NCBI GenBank assembly: GCA_039630545.1
Contig: JBCNUU010000003.1
Span: forward strand, 99,250 to 163,249
DNA from: Endomicrobiia bacterium
GTDB lineage: Bacteria > Elusimicrobiota > Endomicrobiia > DTEH01
Reading direction: 5' to 3'
Length of the DNA: 64,000 nucleotides
Translations under genes and position numbers: made by a program
Notes under the pieces: generated by a model
The model's database searches: none
What the model was told of the DNA's origin: nothing
What the model saw: the letters and a program-made list of their open reading frames with translations, nothing else
Part shown: in pieces, positions 8,838 to 17,864 of the stretch
Layout: every line of letters starts with the position of its first letter
How positions within the stretch are numbered: the stretch's first letter is position 1

Positions 8838-10034
8838 GTGAAAGGACTTTCATCAAAAGTTCTAAAAGTATCACCTTCAGCTACATTAGGGATTACAGCT
8901 AAAGCAAAACAACTTAAATCACAGGGAATAAAAGTTATTGCCTTCGCTGCAGGAGAACCGGATTTTGATACTCCGGATTTTATAAAACAGAAAGCAAAAG
9001 AATCTTTAGATAAAGGTCTTACTAAATACACTCCAACAGCAGGTATACCAGAACTTAAACAAGCAATATGTGAAAAATTAAAAAAAGAAAATAACTTAGA
9101 ATACACACCGGAAGAAGTTTTAGTTTCCTGTGGAGCAAAACACTCTATATTTAATGCTGTTATGGCTTTAGTGGATGATGGCGATGAAGTTTTGCTACCA
9201 AAACCATACTGGGTAAGCTATCCAGAAATGATAAAGTTTGCTGGAGGAAAAATAGTAGAGATCCCCACCGATGAAAAAACAAACTTCAAAATTAAAGCAG
9301 AACAACTTAAACAATACATAACTTCAAAAACAAAACTTTTGATTCTAAACTATCCTTCTAACCCTACAGGCATGATGTATACAAAAAAGGAGTTAGAAGA
9401 AATAGCAAAAGTTTTAGTAGAATCACAGATTTACTGCATCTCTGATGAGATATATGAAAAACTTGTATATGACGGCGTAGAGTTTGTAAGTATAGCTTCA
9501 CTTGGTCCAGAAATTAAAAAACTTACAATTACAGTAAACGGTTTATCAAAATCATGCTCTATGACTGGTTGGAGAGTTGGGTATGCATGTGGTCCTAAAG
9601 AGATAATTCAAGCTATGAGTAATCTCCAGGATCATTCCACCTCAAATATTACAACTTTTGTACAGTATGCATCTGTTGATGCTATTAAATTCGGAGAAGA
9701 TTCTATAAGAAAAATGGTTCAAGAATTTAAGATAAGAAGAGATTTTATTGTTGAAGAAATAAACAAAATTCCAGGGCTTTCCACAATTAAACCACAAGGT
9801 GCTTTCTATGTTTGGGTAAACATAAAAAAATTAAAAGGTAAAAACTATAACAATACTACTATCACTGATTCTATGAAATTAACAGAGCTTCTTTTAACAG
9901 AAGCGAAAGTAGCAGTTATACCTGGATGTGTTTTTGGTGACGATGACTACATAAGGTTGTCTTATGCTACATCAATGGAAGATATAAAAGAAGGATTAAA
10001 CAATATAAAAAACTTTGTAAGCAAATTGACATAA
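8838..10034 (+). CDS. aspC: aspartate/aromatic aminotransferase (class I PLP-dependent)
   Basis: GLSKSCSMTGWRVGYACGP PLP-lysine region, 398 aa, GTG start with AGGAGG RBS. Confidence 0.85.
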   Translation: MKGLSSKVLKVSPSATLGITAKAKQLKSQGIKVIAFAAGEPDFDTPDFIKQKAKESLDKGLTKYTPTAGIPELKQAICEKLKKENNLEYTPEEVLVSCGAKHSIFNAVMALVDDGDEVLLPKPYWVSYPEMIKFAGGKIVEIPTDEKTNFKIKAEQLKQYITSKTKLLILNYPSNPTGMMYTKKELEEIAKVLVESQIYCISDEIYEKLVYDGVEFVSIASLGPEIKKLTITVNGLSKSCSMTGWRVGYACGPKEIIQAMSNLQDHSTSNITTFVQYASVDAIKFGEDSIRKMVQEFKIRRDFIVEEINKIPGLSTIKPQGAFYVWVNIKKLKGKNYNNTTITDSMKLTELLLTEAKVAVIPGCVFGDDDYIRLSYATSMEDIKEGLNNIKNFVSKLT

Positions 10035-10061
10035 GGTTTTTATAAAAGGAGGTGAATTACT

Positions 10062-10637
10062 ATGAAAAAATTCATTACGTATTTCTGTTTGATTTTGACA
10101 TTTTCTTTTGGTTATTCTCAAGAAAACTTAAAAAAAATATACGGTACACAAGAAAACGCTATTTATATAAACGTGGTACCTTTTGCTATAGGACACATCA
10201 ATGTAAACTACGAGAGGCTTATTTCTAATAAAGTTTCTTTAATGTTTGGATTAGGTGCATTGAATGGATTTTATGACATCTCCTTTAGTGATGAATGGTC
10301 TGTTTTGACTTTTATGTACAAAATAGGGGTAGGAATTTATCCTGCAGGAAGATATGGAAATACTTTAAGAGGAGTTTATTTTATGCCGTCTTATACCGGT
10401 GCCTTGATTAAACTTCGATATAAACCAGAAGATATCTCAGATACAGTAAGCGCTGCTTTAATTGGAGTAGATGTTGGCTATAAAATTATATGGCAAAATG
10501 GACTTGTTGTGGATTTAAGTATAGGTATGGGTTTTACAACTGATGTTGTAGCAAAAGTTCAAGATAAAAAAGCAGCAGAAAGAGAAGCAAAGATTGGTCC
10601 CACACATGTAGGCATACAGTTTGGATATGCCTGGTAG
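10062..10637 (+). CDS. putative outer-membrane beta-barrel protein with signal peptide
   Basis: N-terminal signal peptide (MKKFITYFCLILTFSFGYS), alternating amphipathic strands, C-terminal aromatic ...GIQFGYAW. AGGAGG RBS. Confidence 0.5.
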   Translation: MKKFITYFCLILTFSFGYSQENLKKIYGTQENAIYINVVPFAIGHINVNYERLISNKVSLMFGLGALNGFYDISFSDEWSVLTFMYKIGVGIYPAGRYGNTLRGVYFMPSYTGALIKLRYKPEDISDTVSAALIGVDVGYKIIWQNGLVVDLSIGMGFTTDVVAKVQDKKAAEREAKIGPTHVGIQFGYAW

Positions 10638-11250
10638 AAGACTCACTTATGAATTCTTCAAACAGCATCCACTGAAAGTAGCAAAGTTACTTTTAGGTAA
10701 ATATCTTGTAAGAATTTTACCTGAAGGCAAAATTGTAGTAAAAATTGTTGAAACAGAGGCGTATGGTGGGAAGGAAGACGATGCATGTCATGTTGGTAGA
10801 TTTGGAAAAACAAAAAAGACCCAAACCTTATTTGGTAAAGTTGGTTGTGCTTATGTTTATCCTGTGCATATTAATACTTATTGTCTAAATGTAGTCTGTC
10901 ACAAAAATGGTCAGGCAGGTGGGGTTCTAATAAGAGCAGCACAACCCACAGAAGGGATAGACCTTATCTTAAAAAATAAAGGTAAAACTATATCTTCTAA
11001 TATAAACAGGAAAATTTTAACAAATCTACTAAACGGACCTGGTAAGTTATGCAAGGGTTTAAAAATTGATAGAAAATTAAACGGAGAGGATATGGTAAAA
11101 GGTAAATTTTTGTATCTGCTTGAAGGAGAAAAAGTAAAAACTTCAGAGATTTTAAAAACACCCAGAATAAATATTCCTTATGCTAAAAAATCTAAAAATT
11201 GGTTGTGGAGATTTTTGATAAAAAATTCAGAGTTTGTGTCAAGAATTTAA
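10621..11250 (+). CDS. mpg: DNA-3-methyladenine glycosylase (Mpg/AAG family)
   Basis: ETEAYGG...DDACHVGR...VYPVHINTYCLNVVC is characteristic of the methylpurine-DNA glycosylase family. Confidence 0.75.
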   Translation: MDMPGRRLTYEFFKQHPLKVAKLLLGKYLVRILPEGKIVVKIVETEAYGGKEDDACHVGRFGKTKKTQTLFGKVGCAYVYPVHINTYCLNVVCHKNGQAGGVLIRAAQPTEGIDLILKNKGKTISSNINRKILTNLLNGPGKLCKGLKIDRKLNGEDMVKGKFLYLLEGEKVKTSEILKTPRINIPYAKKSKNWLWRFLIKNSEFVSRI

Positions 11251-11256
11251 TTTTTT

Positions 11257-11994
11257 ATGGATATAAAAGAAATACTTAGAAAATACAAACAAAACAAGTT
11301 GTCTACAAAACAAGTTTTAAAATATCTTAAAGAATTTCCATATAAGAGACTTTTTGATGCTACCCTTGACATACACAGAGAAATAAGAAAAGGTATCCCG
11401 GAGATTGTATATTGTTTACACAAAAAAGAAAATCAAATTTTAGATATAATCAACAATTTATCTGCTGTTCACAAGTTAGTAATAGGAACAAGATTAGATA
11501 AAGAGAAGTATCTAAAAATAAAAGATAAACTGCCTGAAAACCATGTATACTTTGAAAATGCCCAGATAATAGCTTTAGGAAAACTTCCAAAAAGTAAAAA
11601 AGGATGTATTTTGATTATCACAGCCGGAACAACAGACATTCCTGTAGCAGAGGAAGCAAAAGTTATATGCGAACTTTTAGGAAATAAAGTGATATGTGTG
11701 TATGATGTAGGAGTAGCTGGTCTTCATAGGTTAAACGAAGTTTTAACTTACCTCAACAAGGCAAAAGTAGTAATAGTAGTTGCTGGAATGGATGGAGTTT
11801 TGCCTTCTGTTGTCGGAGGGTTATCAAAAGTTCCTGTGATTGCTGTGCCAACTTCCACAGGGTATGGTGCAAATTTTGGAGGAGTTGCTCCTCTTTTGAC
11901 TATGTTGAATTCTTGTGCTCCAGGGGTTGTGGTGGTAAATATAAATAATGGATTTGGAGCTGGTTATGCTGCCCACCTGATTAATCAAAAGTAA
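11257..11994 (+). CDS. larB: LarB-like PurE-family carboxylase (nickel-pincer cofactor biosynthesis protein LarB / AIR carboxylase-related)
   Basis: C-terminal PurE-like domain ILIITAGTTDIPVAEE...VVAGMDGVLPSVVGG...AVPTSTGYGANFGG with an N-terminal extension typical of LarB. Confidence 0.7.
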   Translation: MDIKEILRKYKQNKLSTKQVLKYLKEFPYKRLFDATLDIHREIRKGIPEIVYCLHKKENQILDIINNLSAVHKLVIGTRLDKEKYLKIKDKLPENHVYFENAQIIALGKLPKSKKGCILIITAGTTDIPVAEEAKVICELLGNKVICVYDVGVAGLHRLNEVLTYLNKAKVVIVVAGMDGVLPSVVGGLSKVPVIAVPTSTGYGANFGGVAPLLTMLNSCAPGVVVVNINNGFGAGYAAHLINQK

Positions 11995-12010
11995 AATAAA
12001 TCTGTATAAC

Positions 12011-12328
12011 TCAGATTACTTTTGTAGTGAGATAAAAATACTTTAACACTTCTGAGGAGTTGTTTACTATATTATGCTTTACATCCTTTGGGATATAAAC
12101 AAAGTAATTAGGATTTAGCTTTTTATATTTTTTACCATTTACTAAAAGCCAACCTTTACCTTCAACAACAAATATAACCTCTTCTTTGTTTTCTGTTGTA
12201 TGCTCACCAACAGATTGACCTTTCTTAAGAACCACAATTCCTGATGAAAATTTAATAGTTTGTTTTTCAGGAGTAAGAAGTTTTAAAGTTTTATTAATTT
12301 TTTTAATATCTTTTAACAAGATCTTCAT
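12011..12328 (-). CDS. cupin-domain protein
   Basis: 105 aa, G.S.G.H......EE...V.EGKG two-motif cupin barrel pattern. Confidence 0.55.
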   Translation of the reverse strand: MKILLKDIKKINKTLKLLTPEKQTIKFSSGIVVLKKGQSVGEHTTENKEEVIFVVEGKGWLLVNGKKYKKLNPNYFVYIPKDVKHNIVNNSSEVLKYFYLTTKVI

Positions 12329-12387
12329 TTTAGAATAAGAAAATTTTTCTATTGAAGATTTACTAACAAAATATAATAAACTTAATT

Positions 12388-12657
12388 TTATTTTTGTTCA
12401 ACAACTGTTGTTGGTTTTTTAGCTAACAATACTATAAACGCCCATACTAATAATATAGCTGCTGTTATTACAACTCCAAGAAGCATATCTTTTAGCCAGT
12501 CAGGAGAGACTAAAAACAACTCTCCATTCCACCAATGATCCACTATACCAAATATCGCTCCACCATAAAACATTAAGGTGAGCCATTTCATACTTTGATT
12601 CTTTTTTTTAACAAAAGTTGTTACTATAGCTGCTGCTGTTGGCACTAAATAACACAT
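12388..12657 (-). CDS. small hypothetical membrane protein
   Basis: 89 aa with two or three hydrophobic helices. Confidence 0.4.
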   Translation of the reverse strand: MCYLVPTAAAIVTTFVKKKNQSMKWLTLMFYGGAIFGIVDHWWNGELFLVSPDWLKDMLLGVVITAAILLVWAFIVLLAKKPTTVVEQK

Positions 12658-12677
12658 AAAATTTGACCTCCTTTTTA

Positions 12678-13331
12678 TTAAAATTCGTTATGAATGCCTG
12701 CAACTATACAAGTAGTATTACTTTGTGTTTCATTTTTCAACAGTTGTCTAATGCCTAAACATATAAAGTGTGACTTAAAAAACTTATATCTTATACCCAA
12801 AAGATAACTTTCCATAGAAAAGTTATTAAATAAAAACTCAAAACCTACATTGAAATTTTTAATATCATATTCAAAAGCTAAACCAAAAAAAGTATCTCCA
12901 GCAAAATTTTTGTCTTCAGAAATATTGTAGCCTATATTTAAGTGAAAAATAACAAAAAGTTCTTTTGTTAAAATTAAATTTAAAAAATATGACCTCGTTC
13001 CTAAAGTATTATTAAATGAAAATGCCAATAGATCCTCCAAAATGAGATATTTTAATCCCAAAGAAGCATCCTCAAATTTTTCTTCCTGATGAGGATAAAT
13101 CTTGTATGGAAATGAAACTAAAAGATCAAGTTTTTGTGTTAATCCTGTTTTCAACCCAAAAGATAAAATCTGCTCGTTGTCTATTTCATCTAAAATATTT
13201 TCATATACAGTTTCTAACTCGTATTTATTTACTTCTATAACACCTGTATCATCTGTAACAAAGGGTATCGCTGAAAAAGAATTGCTGACAAAACACATAA
13301 ATAACAAAAAAGTTATTATATTGTTTTTCAT
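12678..13331 (-). CDS. putative outer-membrane beta-barrel protein with signal peptide
   Basis: Signal peptide MKNNIITFLLFMCFVSNSFSA, beta-strand-rich, C-terminal ...GIHNEF. GGAGG RBS 9 nt upstream of the ATG. Confidence 0.5.
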   Translation of the reverse strand: MKNNIITFLLFMCFVSNSFSAIPFVTDDTGVIEVNKYELETVYENILDEIDNEQILSFGLKTGLTQKLDLLVSFPYKIYPHQEEKFEDASLGLKYLILEDLLAFSFNNTLGTRSYFLNLILTKELFVIFHLNIGYNISEDKNFAGDTFFGLAFEYDIKNFNVGFEFLFNNFSMESYLLGIRYKFFKSHFICLGIRQLLKNETQSNTTCIVAGIHNEF

Positions 13332-13665
13332 ATTTTTGTTCCTCCATTATTTTTATAGTTAACATAAACCTCATAGTTTTCAATTACATTTTCATTTTTA
13401 TTAAGACGAGAATCCTTTGAATATCCTACTATTTTACCACTATATCCAACATCTTTAAGTATTAAAAAGCACTTTCAATTAAACTGTGTTGTATAGTTAC
13501 ATCCCCTACTGGGAATAGCTTTGGTATTTTTGAACACCATATACAGATAATAGTAATCTAAGATAGCCTCATAAAAGCAATTTTTTAGATATCTCTAAGA
13601 AAACTCTCAGATGTTGATGAGGTAAAACCCACTGTTATGTCCACATTAATCCATAAATCTAATGT

Positions 13666-13686
13666 AAATTTACTTTAAGTAAATTT
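13666..13686. promoter_or_regulatory. 21-bp near-perfect palindrome AAATTTACTT-T-AAGTAAATTT in a roughly 1-kb ORF-free region; candidate operator
   Basis: Read directly from the sequence: 10-nt arms that are exact reverse complements around a single central T. Confidence 0.3.
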
Positions 13687-14003
13687 GGTGTTTTACTTAA
13701 TTTTTATATTACCTTAAGTATTCCTTTTGATCTCATTTTTATAGATTTCTTTAATAAAAAAGATAAAATTTGTTTTTTGTCTTACAAAATGGGACATGGA
13801 TGTAAATTTAGTAATTATGCGAAAATTAGTCATAGCTGAATTTGCAAATTTATACCTCGTTTACCGAAAGCTTTTTAATTATCATTTTAAAAATTTTCAC
13901 TATCATCATTTGTGTTACTTTTATAAAATTCGTGCTACTTTGTCAATATCAAAAAATTATTTTTTATTTTGAATATTGAAAACCAAAAGTTACTCGATAA
14001 GTT

Positions 14004-14201
14004 TTATAGTGTATTTCTAAAAATTTCTTTTAGAAGTTCTTTTCTTGTTTGGTAAGAAGACCAATCTTTAATATTTAGTTTCTTTTTTACTTTTGTGAAA
14101 TCTAGCGCACAAGCTACATCATATATCATTGCATCTACAGCACCTATAATTGCAGTTTCTATATTATCTTTGGGTTTTAATTCCTCTAAAATGCTATTCA
14201 A
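14004..14201 (-). CDS. small hypothetical helical protein (start uncertain; ORF stays open upstream to an ATT at about 14291)
   Basis: 65 aa from a TTG. The same frame is open a further 30 codons upstream (ITKQDINQVVKELLKHKANLIKNSKEYKEY) and is preceded by AAGAAGGAGAA 7 nt before an ATT codon. Confidence 0.35.
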   Translation of the reverse strand: MNSILEELKPKDNIETAIIGAVDAMIYDVACALDFTKVKKKLNIKDWSSYQTRKELLKEIFRNTL

Positions 14202-14365
14202 GTATTCTTTATATTCCTTAGAATTTTTTATTAGATTTGCTTTATGTTTTAATAATTCCTTTACTACTTGATTAATGTCTTGTTTTGTAATATTTATTCT
14301 CCTTCTTAATAAAATTATGTTAAAAACTATGTTAACACTATTTTCAAGATAATTTTTGCTGATAG

Positions 14366-14773
14366 TTACACAACAGCTGTTATGCTTAATGTTGAATGTG
14401 TTACACCTTTTATAGCAGAAAGCTTATCTTTGAGTTTTTGAATTTTTTTTGCTTTACCTTTTGTGATTATTACTTCAAGACAGCTGTCATGTGTTAAGTG
14501 GATGTGTTGAGACGCAATTATTATTTTCTGATAATCATGCTGTAAATCCACAATTTTGTCTACTAGTTCTCTTTTGTTGTGATTATAAACAATAGATATA
14601 ACACCTGCTACTTCCTTATTTGTTTTCCATGATTTTCTAACAAACTCTGCACGGATGAGATCTCTTATTGCTTCTGATCTATTTTTGTAGTTTTTGTCTT
14701 TTATATGTTTATCAAATTTTTTAAGAAGATTGTTAGGAATAGCTATACCAAACCTTTTTAGTTTTGCTTTCAT
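14366..14773 (-). CDS. nikR: nickel-responsive transcriptional regulator NikR
   Basis: N-terminal ribbon-helix-helix RFGIAIPNNLLKKFD...NRSEAIRDLIR plus a C-terminal metal-binding domain with H...H.H..C. 135 aa. Confidence 0.8.
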   Translation of the reverse strand: MKAKLKRFGIAIPNNLLKKFDKHIKDKNYKNRSEAIRDLIRAEFVRKSWKTNKEVAGVISIVYNHNKRELVDKIVDLQHDYQKIIIASQHIHLTHDSCLEVIITKGKAKKIQKLKDKLSAIKGVTHSTLSITAVV

Positions 14774-14779
14774 GTGATT

Positions 14780-15574
14780 TTATTGTTTAATTTTTCTTAT
14801 CACTATCAAAAATCCCGTATGTGCAACCATTCTATCTTTAGGACGCAAACTTAAGTCTTTTTTTTGCCATTCTCTTTGAAGAGTTTCATATATTCCCTGT
14901 AAGAAAAATATATTCTTAAATTCTTTTTCTATTTTGTCTATAAGATTAAACACCTGAAGCACTGTAGGAAGCCAAAAACAAGCAACTCCTGAGTCCTTAA
15001 GTAATTTATAGATTTTATGTAAAACTTCCCAGGGGTCAGTGATGTCTATTATTATTCTATCAAAAAACTCATTTGGAAATTCTGCTTGTTTAATATCTGA
15101 TAATTTCAATTCCAGATTTTCTATTTCCTGAATAGGTTTTCTGTAATAGTTTTCTATGTTTCTTTTTGTCATTTCTAACATATCTTCTCTTATATCTATA
15201 GATACTAACCTACCTTTTTCTCCAATTGCTCTTAATATGTATAAACTTAAAGCACCCGAGCCGCAGCCACATTCTAATACATTTGCACCAGGAAAAATAT
15301 CTCCAAGCACTAAAATTTGTCCTGCGTCTTTAGGATATATAACTTGGCTGCTTCTTTTTAATTTATAGAGATTATATTCCATCAAGGTAGGTTTTAAGAC
15401 GATAAGTTTTTCATTCATTGAAGAGTAGACAATATATCCTTCAGGTTTTCCAATTAAATCATTATGGAGAACTTTTCCTTTATGGAAATAAAATACATTG
15501 TCTTTCTTTAATTCTATAATGTATTTTTTTCCCTTTGTGTCAATTAGCATCACAAAGTCATTTTCTTTTAACAT
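14780..15574 (-). CDS. trmI: tRNA (adenine-N1)-methyltransferase (TrmI/GCD14 family)
   Basis: VLECGCGSGALS SAM motif and the N-terminal small beta-domain layout of TrmI. 264 aa. Confidence 0.7.
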   Translation of the reverse strand: MLKENDFVMLIDTKGKKYIIELKKDNVFYFHKGKVLHNDLIGKPEGYIVYSSMNEKLIVLKPTLMEYNLYKLKRSSQVIYPKDAGQILVLGDIFPGANVLECGCGSGALSLYILRAIGEKGRLVSIDIREDMLEMTKRNIENYYRKPIQEIENLELKLSDIKQAEFPNEFFDRIIIDITDPWEVLHKIYKLLKDSGVACFWLPTVLQVFNLIDKIEKEFKNIFFLQGIYETLQREWQKKDLSLRPKDRMVAHTGFLIVIRKIKQ

Positions 15575-15594
15575 AAAATTAGAATATTAAATAA

Positions 15595-16308
15595 ATGAGT
15601 TATTTTTCAATGCTTATAGGATTGTTGTCTAATGAATTCAAATTTTATATTATAGCTTATATGAAAGAAATTAAATTTTTTAAAGAACATTTCTACAAAC
15701 TTGTAAAAACTTCTGGTTGGCCAACAATACAGATTGATGGTATTCAGATGCACAGAATTTCAAAGTTAACTCCTGAAATTGATTCTGCAAAAAAAGTAGA
15801 AGCACTAAATCCTCCTTATGGAAGTTTGGTGTTAGATATATGTACCGGTTTAGGATATACATCTATATTTTTTCTTAAGCGTGGTTGCGGTGTAATTACT
15901 ATAGAAAAGGATGAAAATGTATTATACATAGCCAAACAAAATCCCTATTCAAAATTTTTGTTTGAAAATTTAACTGAAGAAGATATTCCTTCCTGTGGGA
16001 AAGCAAAACTTATAGTTGGTGATGCAAAAGAAGTGATTAAAAGTTTTCCAGATAATTCTTTTAAATATATTCTTCACGATCCACCTAAGTTTAATATAGC
16101 TGAAGATCTTTATTCTTTTGAGTTCTATCTACAGTTATATAGAATTTTAAAACCAGAAGGAAAGATTCTGCACTATGTTGGTTCTCCTCAAATAAAGTCA
16201 AAAAATAAAAACATTATAGGCAACATTATTAAACGGCTAAAAGAAGTAGGTTTTAAAAAAATTCAGCCAGTTGATGAGATAGAGTGTTTTTTGATATTCA
16301 AACAATAA
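15595..16308 (+). CDS. class I SAM-dependent methyltransferase (N6-adenine / rRNA methylase-like, HDPPKF motif)
   Basis: VLDICTGLGY (motif I) and LHDPPKF (motif IV-like DPPY/F). Start uncertain; alternative ATG at 15661. Confidence 0.5.
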   Translation: MSYFSMLIGLLSNEFKFYIIAYMKEIKFFKEHFYKLVKTSGWPTIQIDGIQMHRISKLTPEIDSAKKVEALNPPYGSLVLDICTGLGYTSIFFLKRGCGVITIEKDENVLYIAKQNPYSKFLFENLTEEDIPSCGKAKLIVGDAKEVIKSFPDNSFKYILHDPPKFNIAEDLYSFEFYLQLYRILKPEGKILHYVGSPQIKSKNKNIIGNIIKRLKEVGFKKIQPVDEIECFLIFKQ

Positions 16309-16326
16309 ATTTCTTAATTCCTCAAT

Positions 16327-17340
16327 ATGAAACAAATTCCTGATGGAGTTTACCAAAAATTTGTGTTAAGAGTTAAACCTATTTTTGAGGTTATAAAAAA
16401 ACATAAAAAAATTGTTGTAGCGACCTCGGGTGGTCCTGATAGTATGTTTTTGCTTTTTTTGTTGCATAAACTTTCTTTAAAACACAACTTAGAAGTACTT
16501 GCTGTTTACATTAATCATAATTTAAGAACAAAAAATGAAATTCTTAAGGACATAAAAACAATAGAAAGCTTCTGTAAAACTAATAATTTAAAACTTATAG
16601 TTGATGAAATAAAACCACAAAAATTTGATGAAAATACCTTAAGAGAATTAAGATATAAAAAGCTTCTTAATATTGCATATAAAAATAAATGTTTCGTAAT
16701 AGCTACGGCTCATACTCAAACAGATCTCGCAGAAACATTTATTTTAAACCTTCTTAGAGGTAGTGGTCTTAGAGGTCTTTGTGGTGTTCCTCCAATAAGA
16801 ACTATAAAATACAAAAAAGAAAATATCTATATAATTAGACCCTTAATAGATATAACCAAGCAAGAAATAATTAGAATTCTAAATAAAAATAAAATCTCTT
16901 ATGTCATAGATAAAACTAATCTACAGGATCTATATAAAAGAAATTTTTTGAGAAACAAAATATTTCCTTTGTTTAAAAGAATTAATGAAAATTGTGAAAG
17001 TAATATAGCTTATACTTCACTTTTGATAAACAAGGTTTATGAGAGTATATCAAGTAGTATTGAAAAGAAAATAAAAAACTGTGTAGTTTTTAGGAAATCC
17101 AGCGTTTATATTGATTTAAAAAAATTTTTAATGTATAATGATTTCACACAAAGAGAAATTTTATATAGAATAATCTCAAAGTTGGCTTTAGAGTACGATT
17201 TAGAGATAAAACAAGGATATAGAAATTTTGTAGAACAAATATTAAGTTTGGTAAACAAAAAACTAGTTAAGCTAAATTTTACCAAAAATATTAAAATTTT
17301 AACAACTTACAGGTATATAAAAATAAATATCAATGCCTAA
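16327..17340 (+). CDS. tilS: tRNA(Ile)-lysidine synthetase
   Basis: PP-loop ATPase motif KIVVATSGGPDSMFLL, and the conserved tilS-hpt-ftsH gene order. Confidence 0.8.
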   Translation: MKQIPDGVYQKFVLRVKPIFEVIKKHKKIVVATSGGPDSMFLLFLLHKLSLKHNLEVLAVYINHNLRTKNEILKDIKTIESFCKTNNLKLIVDEIKPQKFDENTLRELRYKKLLNIAYKNKCFVIATAHTQTDLAETFILNLLRGSGLRGLCGVPPIRTIKYKKENIYIIRPLIDITKQEIIRILNKNKISYVIDKTNLQDLYKRNFLRNKIFPLFKRINENCESNIAYTSLLINKVYESISSSIEKKIKNCVVFRKSSVYIDLKKFLMYNDFTQREILYRIISKLALEYDLEIKQGYRNFVEQILSLVNKKLVKLNFTKNIKILTTYRYIKININA

Positions 17341-17845
17341 TTTAAATATTTTAATTACTGAAGAAGAAATTAAAAATAAAGTAACTGAACTTGCCAAAAA
17401 CATATCTAAAGATTATAAAGGGAAAAATCTTCTAATTGTTGGAATTCTTAAAGGCAGCAGTATATTCTTAAGTGATTTGATAAGAAAACTCACTATAAAC
17501 TGTGAGATAGATTTTGTAGCTTTACGTTCTTATAACTCTAAAAAACCAGATAGTTTTATTCAAGTAATTTTGGATTTATATAAAAGCCCTGCAGGTAAGG
17601 ATGTATTAATAGTAGATGACATTTTAGACACAGGAAGAACGCTTGAATTTTTAAAGAAAAATCTTCTTGCAAGGAATACAAAATCTGTGAAAATTTGTGT
17701 GCTTCTTAATAAAATTAAAAAAAGAAATTCTAAAATTAAAGCTGATTATAAAGGTTTTGATATCCCGGATAAATTTGTAGTTGGCTATGGTCTTGACTTT
17801 AAAGAAAAATATCGTAATTTACCTTATATAGCAACAATTAAATGA
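17333..17845 (+). CDS. hpt: hypoxanthine-guanine phosphoribosyltransferase
   Basis: PRPP-binding motif VLIVDDILDTGRTL. 170 aa. Confidence 0.85.
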   Translation: MPNLNILITEEEIKNKVTELAKNISKDYKGKNLLIVGILKGSSIFLSDLIRKLTINCEIDFVALRSYNSKKPDSFIQVILDLYKSPAGKDVLIVDDILDTGRTLEFLKKNLLARNTKSVKICVLLNKIKKRNSKIKADYKGFDIPDKFVVGYGLDFKEKYRNLPYIATIK

Positions 17846-17864
17846 AAAGAGGTTAAAACATTCC

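Noticed and set aside
11257-11994. Second purE or purK call for the LarB-like gene
   Set aside because: The N-terminal extension and the C-terminal VPTSTGYGANFGG region fit LarB-type PurE paralogues better than PurE or PurK, and a genuine purE is already present at 6965.
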